Shown one piece after another: positions 56,570 to 64,000 of a DNA stretch of 64,000 nt. The notes beneath the pieces are model-generated. The model did no database searches. It saw only the letters and a program-made list of their open reading frames with translations, and was not told the origin of the DNA. The stretch is taken from the NCBI GenBank assembly GCA_964252035.1, contig OZ176200.1. One strand, 5' to 3'. Position 1 is the stretch's first letter. Each line of letters begins with the position of its first letter. This DNA comes from Podarcis erhardii (lineage: Eukaryota). The translations under genes were made by a program, and so were the position numbers.

Positions 56570-58060
56570 CCGAGATGGTCCGAGTTCGTGCGCTGCTCGG
56601 CCTCCCGCCGCCCTCCACCTCCGACCGTTAGGATCCAATTGTGCGGGGGGGGGGCGGGGGCGGATTTTCTAATTCGTCGGTGCTTTCGGCGCCTACTGCC
56701 ACGTGACTTCATGCGGCGGCGGGGCAAAACTTCGTTCGCCACACCGGACCCTCCTGAAAGTCGTTATTTCTCAGAGCGTGGAAGCGCGCGCGAACGGACC
56801 GTTGCAGCCGTTGAGCTCTGGGAGGCGACCGCGAGTTCCCTCCGAGGGAGCGCAGCGAGCGAGGGAGAAAGAGATACTTTTACCTTTCCCTCTCTCTCTC
56901 CCTCCTCCCCCCTTTTACCCACCATGCTCCGAGTCCGGACTCTCAGCCTCTGCCGTCGCCGCCGTTTGGGCTCCGCGGGCCGCCGCCGCCTCGCTCCGCG
57001 TGCCTTTCTTTCGACGAAGATGAGCGAGGCAAAGCCCGGAGGGAAGAGAAGCTGACGGCCTCCTCCCCGCTTTTCCCGCGCGACCACCATGAGGGAAGAG
57101 AAAGAAGCCTCTCCCTCCTGCTCCCCCCTCGCTCCTCACAGGCATAACAACAAACTTGCCAGCCCGCCGCCTCCTGCCCCGGCCGGCGCGGAGCCCAGCC
57201 TGAGGAACGGCTACGTGAAGGGCCACGCCACCCCGCTGCCGCAGAGCCCGCCGCTCGGCTCTGTCTCGCTGCTCCGGGCCGCTTGCCCGCGGGGCTCCCT
57301 CTCCGTGGGGCTGGGCGCCCTGGCTGCCGCTTCGGCGGCGCTGCTGCTCTCGTTCTGGCTCGCCTGGAGCGAGGGCGAGAGGAGGGCGGCGGCGGCGGCG
57401 GCGGCTCCGGGGGCGCTGCTGTTGCCGCTGGCGGGACTGGGCCAGTGCCTGAGCCCGCTCTTCACCCTCGCCTGCGCTTTCTTCTTCCTCACCTGCTACC
57501 TGGCCCGGGACGAGCCCGGCGGCCCCCGGTGGCTCCTGGCGCTGCCGCTGTGCTGCCAGGCGGGGGACTTGGCGGCGCTGCTCTTCCCCCGCCGAGAGGA
57601 GGCGGCTGAGCAGGGCGCCCCCGACCCCCCGACGGCCCAACTGCAGGTGCTGGCGGGCCGGCTGCTGGCCACGCTGAGCACCGTGGCCGGGCTGACCCTC
57701 GCGCAGCGCAGCCTCGGGCACGGCAGGAGACTCCTGCTGCTGGCCTTCTCTGCCCTCGTGTGGCTGCTGTCGCTCTCCAGCCTGGGCTCTCTGGCCCCGG
57801 CCCTTAGGCCCCTGCTGTCCGGCGCCGTCGGAGTGGCGGGGTGCCTGCTGGCGCTGCTGGGCGGACCGCGCTGCGCCTTCGCCTCCTGCTGCTGCTGCTG
57901 CTGTTGCTCGCCCGGGCGGGAGCCCCAGCCGCACCACCAGCCCCAGCCGCCGCCGCCGCCGCACGACCACCGCCAGTCTCCTTACCCCAAGTCGCCGAGC
58001 GGCGCAGCAGAGGAGAAAGTGCCCGTGATCCGACCCCGGAGGAGATCCAGCTGCGTGTCT
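56570..58060 (+). promoter_or_regulatory. CpG island / PDE3B promoter and exon 1; GC boxes 56651-56663, E-box CACGTGAC 56700-56707
   Basis: GC- and CpG-rich block; motifs read directly. Confidence 0.85.
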
Positions 58061-58141
58061 TTGGGGGAGACGTCTACCAGTTACTATGGGAGCTGCAAAA
58101 CCTTCAGGAGACCCTCGTTGCCTTGCATTTCCAGAGAGCAG
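57089..58141 (+). CDS. PDE3B: cGMP-inhibited 3',5'-cyclic phosphodiesterase 3B, coding exon 1 (351 codons; gene continues beyond the window)
   Basis: ACCATG start. Contains LRNGYVK, LSPLFTLACAFFFLTCYL, several hydrophobic TM segments, AAEEKVPVIRPRRRSSCVSLGE and FRRPSLPCISREQ, and ends at donor CAG|GTAAG (58141/58142). Synteny next to PSMA1 matches PDE3B. Confidence 0.97.
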
Positions 58142-60310
58142 GTAAGCCTTCCTCCGACAGGGAGGTGAAGGGTAACTTTTCTCTAACAGAAAACTTTGGC
58201 CTCAGCCAGGGACGCTGGAGAAAGAAGATCGCAGTTTGCTTGCTAGGCGCTCAGGCCACTATTTTGATGCTTTAGGTTTATCTTAAATCCGGGGTGAAAC
58301 TGAACATTCCGATTTGGTCTGTACTTAGAACTCCAGTCTCCTGGTATAAACTTTCAGAGAGGGAGCTGCTAAAGGAAAAACAACAAGAGTCCTGTAGGCC
58401 CTGATATAATTGACTTTTGAGGTGCTACATGACTATTTGTTGTGCTTCCTGATATTCTACCCCTTTTGAAAACTTGCATGCTCCATGCTCAGTTACATAG
58501 GAACATAAAAATGAAACCTTGTTAGGACTTTGTAACAGGACAGCAAAAATTGTGAAGTGATGTATTTTGGGTCAGTAACTTCTACAGCAAGAAAGACTTT
58601 TCAGTTGCAAAGTTAGTATGAATTTCCAGACTGAATTTCCACGCAACCATGGAGCTTTTGGAATTAGCCAGGTAGTGCCATGGAGAAGGATGGGGGAAAG
58701 TGTGAACATGCAAACAGAATTCTTTTGCCAATGAAGAGGATGTTTGTTCAGAGTTTTTCGTGCAGCATTGCTTATCGTTTGATCCATTGAAATCCAGCAA
58801 ACTGGGCAAGCTTCACTTACTAAAAAAACAAAGGAGCATTTTAACAGAATTTGAGAGGCAACCTGTTATGCTTTGATAACATAGAGGACTAATAACGGTT
58901 TCATATGGTGCCAAGAAACAAGGCTGAGGAAAGAATACTGCGAATCCTGTATCAACATTAGAGAATAGGGTTTCAATATGTTAAGCTAGTAGCATTTGTT
59001 GTATGAAAAGCTGAAATTCAGCTCATAAGTGAGACAAAGCATTTACTGGCTGTACTGTCATAGGAAACAACTGGCATATGTAGTGTGTATGTGTGATTGA
59101 ATCAAGCCATCTTTGTCAGCAGGAATTGTGCTTGAAGGGATTTTTAGTGGGCACATTTTTTTCTATTCTTCTGTAATTTACCTTGTGCATAATACATTAT
59201 CTTGCATCAGCAAAGTGAATACCCCAAATAGAAATAGTCAGATGCTGGAAAAACTTTAGAGTTGACAGCTAGTATGGGATTTCCTCCTAACTGGAAAAAT
59301 TGACTATCACACAAAAATTGGCCAGTAACAAATTAAGAAAGCATCTGAGGAGTTTCTATTGAACTGGCTCCACCTTATGTTGCATCAAGAAACTTATTAT
59401 CAATGTGTATCCTAAGGCTGCAATTCTATGCACAAATACAGTAGTGGGAGTAAGCACTATTGAAATCAGTAGGACTGGTTTCTGAGCAAACATATACAAT
59501 ATATGGTTGGGCTGTCTAGTTCTCAGACACCAAGCTTTTCTATACTGAGGTTTTGTGTGAAGTGAAAAAGCATATGGATATGCTGGAACTTAGAAACGTA
59601 CTGTATGGCTGCTTAGTTTGTTTTATTGTAATGTGATTGTATTTTTTGATTAAAATCTTAAGCTCTGTGTGTCTCCAGCAAGCTGTTCTTGAACACAGTC
59701 TAAGATTTACTGCTTAGTTTTCTAAAACTTTTTGTTCATATTTACTATGATAAAGGAAATTTACATTGCATTTTTATTTTAAATAAAGTAGAAATTAACT
59801 GAAAGTATCATCTTTGTTATAGAGCATAGGATTATTAGTAGGCCTTCAGAAATAGTTTTGTAGTCAGATGTTTGAAGTAGCCTACTAATAAATATAGTAA
59901 ATAATGTAATGTATACAGTATAAATAACAGTAAATGCCCTTTGTATATAGGGCTTTTTAGCGTAAAACATTGCAAATAGAGGAACATGAATATTTTAATT
60001 TCCACACCTTTTTCTTTAGCTTTTTTCTTTAAACATTAAAAAGCCAATTCATATTGCTCAAAAGGAATTAATAGGTGTTGTATATCAGTTAGTAACTCTT
60101 AATGTAGCCCATTACCTTAGTATTCAGCTCATGGCCTTATTATGCCAGAAGTTTGTACTAAACTAATTTTATGTAGTTTTTTAAAGTACACTCCCTTCTT
60201 TCTGCAGGGAGATTCAAGCAAGTTTAAAATATCCATTTAATAATACAGTATATTATATTATATACATATGATCGATCTTAATGGTGCAAATATCTCTTCC
60301 TAGCTTTCTA

Positions 60311-60755
60311 GCCGAGACCATATAACACCGGTCCTGAGAGACCTGCATTGGCTCCGAGTATGTTTCTGAGCATAATTTAAAGTGTTGGTGCTGACCTTTA
60401 AAGCCCTAAATGGCCTCGGTCCTGTATACCACTCCCATCATTCAGCCCGGACACTGAGGTCCAGCCCTGAGGGCCTTCTGTTTGTTCCCTCACTGAAAGA
60501 AGTGAGGTTACAGGGAATCAGGCATAGGGCCTTCTCAGTAGTGGTGCCTGCCCTGTGGAATGCCTTCTCATCAGATGTCAAAGGAAATAAGCAACTATCT
60601 TACTTTTAAAAGAAATCTGAAGGCAGCCCTGTTTAGGGAAGTTTTTAATGTTTAATGCTGTATTGTGTTTTTAATATTTGGTTTTAAGCCACCTAGAGCA
60701 GCTGGGGAAACCCAGCCAGATGGGCGGGGTATAAATAATAAATTATTATTATTAT
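60311..60755 (+). mobile_element. L2 LINE 3' fragment
   Basis: [16 protein letters not shown]...AFSVVVPALWNA; same tail as 273-1234. Confidence 0.87.
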
Positions 60756-61240
60756 ACTTTTTAAAGCAGTTCACTGTGTGCTTAATCCTGTACGTATCTG
60801 CACAGAATAAATCACATTAAGTTCATTGGGGCTTACTGTCAAATAAATGGGCAAGGAGCTGCTGTCTAAGAGTTAATTTATTTGAGCATTTAAAGAATTT
60901 GTTTCATACGTATAGCACTTGAATTTTCACTTTCAGAAAACACAAAACAAATCAAATTCTTTCATTGAGGGAGTGTGGTGGAAATGCAAGATCTAGAATT
61001 TTAGATCTAGAAACTTACTTTAAAATTTTAGATCTAGAAACTTACTTTAAAATTGCACAATTGATACATTATTATGGTGTAATTCTGTGGTGCCAGTTCC
61101 AAAGCACAGATCAAACAAGATGGAAACAAATACATATTATATACACGAATTTGGGCATGAATGTGCCCATTAAATTATTTGTAAGTTTCTTGAACACTGG
61201 AAGTTTGCACTAAAAAGTATTTGTTTGCTGTATTAGACTA

Positions 61241-61916
61241 CAGTGGAACCTTGGTTCTCATTCGACTCCCAAAACCGTTTGAAAACCAAGGCGCAGATTC
61301 CGATTGGCTGCAGGAGCTTCCTGCACTCAAGCGGAAGCCATGTCACACGTTCGGCTTCTGAAAAACGTTTGCAAACCGGAACACTTACCGTACTTTTCCA
61401 TGTATAAGACGACCCTTATTTTTTTTAACCCAAAATTAAGAAATTAGGTTGTTTAGCTTTTTGGGAGGGTGGGGGAGGTCACTTCTGTCAGTCGCTCACC
61501 CGCCTGCCTGGCACTGCTGATCGCTTGCCACAGCCACTACAAATTGCACATCTGTCCGCAGCCGCCAATTGTCTGCCCGCTTGCCACCACCAACAGCACA
61601 CTCACCCACTTGTTGCAGCCGCCAATCACCTTCCCGCCTCGCCACAGCTGCCAATCACCTGCCCAGTTACCACAGCCACAGCCACCAATCACCGACCCAA
61701 TCGCTGCTGCCAATATCCTGCTTGCTGCTGCCATTAATCACACATCCTCCCTCTTCATTCACTATCCATGTATAAGATGACACCCAATTTTTGTCTATTT
61801 TTTTTTTAGCAAAAAGCATCGTCTTATACATGGAAAAATACAGTACTTCCGGGTTTGCGGCATTCAGAAGCTGATTTGTTCAACAACTAAGCCGTTCTGG
61901 AACCAAGGTACCACTG
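61241..61916. mobile_element. pogo/Tigger-type MITE with a nested second TA-targeting element
   Basis: TA|CAGTGGAACCTTGG...CCAAGGTACCACTG|TA. Confidence 0.8.
61388..61843. mobile_element. Tc1/mariner-pogo non-autonomous element
   Basis: TIR CCGTACTTTTCCATGTATAAGACG / CGTCTTATACATGGAAAAATACAG, TA on both sides. Confidence 0.82.
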
Positions 61917-62169
61917 TAGATACATGATGTACTGTGGTAAGAGCAACCGTGTACATTTCCCTGATACAGAAATGGTGTAATGTTTGGAAAGGAACCTGTA
62001 TGGAAGAGGTGTGCAAGTTTCAGATGAGGAAATTACTTGTTTATCTCCCCAGTGCAAGTTCCTTTTTTAATGTCACACTAATCGTGGCAAAACAGGAAGC
62101 ACATCTCATTCATGAATTGTGCTTCTTCTCTCACATCAAAAGAACATGTAGCATTTGTAATTTGCTGTA

Positions 62170-63760
62170 ATTATTCCAGTCTCCCCTTCTTGGGGAAAGT
62201 TCTTGAGTGGGTGGTCACTGACCAGATCCAGGTGCTTCTGAAAGAGAGGAGGTTTTTTTCCTTCAATCTGGATGCCAACAGTTCGGCAGAGTCCTTTGAC
62301 AAGCTGAGGTCGCAAACTAGATCATTCAACTCCTTTTGGGAAAATGGATGTGGAGCATCATCTTCAAGAACCACTTCTTCTTCTTCATGTCCTTCAACAC
62401 TGGAGGCATCTTCGTCACTAATGTCAGGAAATTCTCCAAAGATAGGCACTGGAATTTCATCACAATGAGCTACAGGACAACGTGCTGATTGAAGATCAGG
62501 ATTAACTTATTTTGATCCCCCAACTTTATGCTTTGCTGCACCAATTTATGGAAGATTTCGAGTTTTTATGACTTCAAACTGATCCCTTTTCGACATAATC
62601 ACCCAGAACTATCGGACCTGAATACTTCTTGTCATTAAAACAATCATTTCCAATCAAAATAATTATTCGACATGGCATTTTACCCCCACCAACTTCTTCT
62701 AAAATGCTCCACACAAGCGTACATGTGAACAAAAACATAAAAAATGACATGTCTCCATAGCTCAAAAACTTGACCTGATTGAGCAAAACCAATGTGATTT
62801 TTGGATTCAGCGCATCAGAATCGTCCTAAATCAACTGAAAAAACGCAGACAACAAATTTGTTGTTGACCAGTGTTATTGTTTCCAGACGGTGATGCTTGG
62901 GGAGTGCTCTTCATCCCTGTGGAGCCTTCAGTGTGGGGCTCATCAGGGCTCATTTTTATTTCCTGTGCTGTTTAATATCTACATGAAACCTCTGAGTGGA
63001 GTTATTCCGAGTTTTGGAGTATGTTGTGAGCAATGTGCTGATGATACCTAGCTCTACTTCTCTTTTATATCTGGAGGTGTGGCAGTGGATGTGCTGGCCA
63101 TTGTTTTGCCTCAGTAATGGATTGAGTGAGAGCCAACAAACTGAAGCTCAATCCAGATAAGATTGAGGCACTATTAGTGGGTGGTTCCCTAGAGCAGAGG
63201 GATGGAAGGTGGCCTGCTCTTGATGGGGTTACACTTCCTCTGAAGGAGCAGGTACATAGCTTGGAGGCACTTCTGGATTCTTCGCTTTCTCTTGAGGTGC
63301 AAGTGGCCTCGTTGGCAAGGAGTGCCTTCCATCAGCTTCAGCTTGGTGGGGCCTCACTGTGCTGATGTCTTGACAGGGATAGTCTAACTTCTGTCATCTA
63401 TGCTCTGGTAACCTCTGGATTAGATTACTGCAATGTATTTCAGCTGGTGCAGAATTCAGCACCAGGTTGTTCCCTGGGGCAAGACTGTTTGAGCATATTG
63501 CACCAATCCTCGCTCAACTGCACTGGTTGCCAGTTAGTTTTGGAGCCCAGTTCAAAGCGCTAGTTTTGACCTATAAAGCCTTAAATGGCTCAGGACCACA
63601 ATACCTGAAGGACCTCTTGAACTGACCTGGACCCTGAGGCCCTTCTTCGTGTGTCTCCTTGCAGTGCCTCCCTGTTTGTGGAATGCTCTTCCCAGGGAGG
63701 CTCGCCTGTGATCACTTCCATGTGATTTTCAGATGAAGGGCGCTATACAAATTTAATAAG
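62170..63760 (+). mobile_element. Old L2 LINE RT region, interrupted at about 62245-62873
   Basis: LPFLGKVLEWVV (62175-62230), a QGS..P.LFNIYMKPL...ADDT-like segment (62935-63055), KLKLNPDKIEAL (63130) and 3' sequence. Confidence 0.75.
62245..62873 (-). mobile_element. Chapaev3-like (CMC/EnSpm-related) DNA transposon 5' end with transposase remnant
   Basis: Minus-strand terminus CACTGGTCAACAACAAATTT next to TTA/TAA. Peptides IKLGDQNK, PDLQSARCPVAHCDEIPVPIF and FSQKELNDLVCDLSLSKDSAELLASRLKEKNLL match Chapaev3-type transposases as recalled; not searched. Confidence 0.6.
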
Positions 63761-64000
63761 TGATAAAATACACAATATCAACATGGTACTTGCTCGTAGC
63801 AAGAACCTCTCCTGATTTCCATGAGAGATGACATAACAATAAATTGTTCCCCTTCTTCCAGTGTAACCAGGAGGGGAAAAGACTAGCAGGTCATGGGAAT
63901 TTTACCCATGGGTTAATGCTGTCAAACTCCCCATGGCTGCTAAGGGGACCTAACACTTGTCAATACAGAAAAGTGGGGAAAGGGAGAGGCGTGAATTTGG

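Noticed and set aside
56915-57970. 351-aa antisense ORF over PDE3B exon 1, and the 262-aa ORF 56267-57055
   Set aside because: Stop-poor GC-rich shadow frames of low-complexity Arg/Gly/Gln/Ala composition. Only the ATG-initiated last 43 codons of the second are kept as a possible uORF.
60999-61052. 27-bp exact tandem duplication
   Set aside because: Simple local slippage in intron DNA with no further structure.
61469-61780. His/Pro/Ala-rich ORFs
   Set aside because: Low-complexity interior of the nested MITE.

Overview
Vertebrate genomic DNA from a squamate reptile, most likely a lacertid lizard (inferred from Sauria SINEs, Bov-B and Squam-type SINEs). It carries the conserved amniote gene block COPB1(-) / PSMA1(-) / PDE3B(+). 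COPB1 is complete: 21 coding exons traced by hand, 2862 nt, 953 aa. PSMA1 is complete: 10 exons, 786 nt, 261 aa, with one U12-type intron and one GC-AG intron. Only coding exon 1 of PDE3B is present. The PSMA1-PDE3B intergenic interval holds an apparently intact, very young Ty3/Gypsy LTR retrotransposon (43559-48513) with two 370-bp LTRs identical by eye, a 5-bp TSD, a tRNA-Ser PBS, a PPT and one 1359-aa gag-pol ORF. A ~97% identical solo LTR in the opposite orientation sits just upstream of the PDE3B CpG island. The rest is intron and intergenic DNA dense in L2, CR1 and Bov-B fragments, SINEs, and hAT- and pogo/Tigger-type MITEs, several of them nested. All alignments were done by eye. Family names and comparisons to human sequences come from memory, not from searches.
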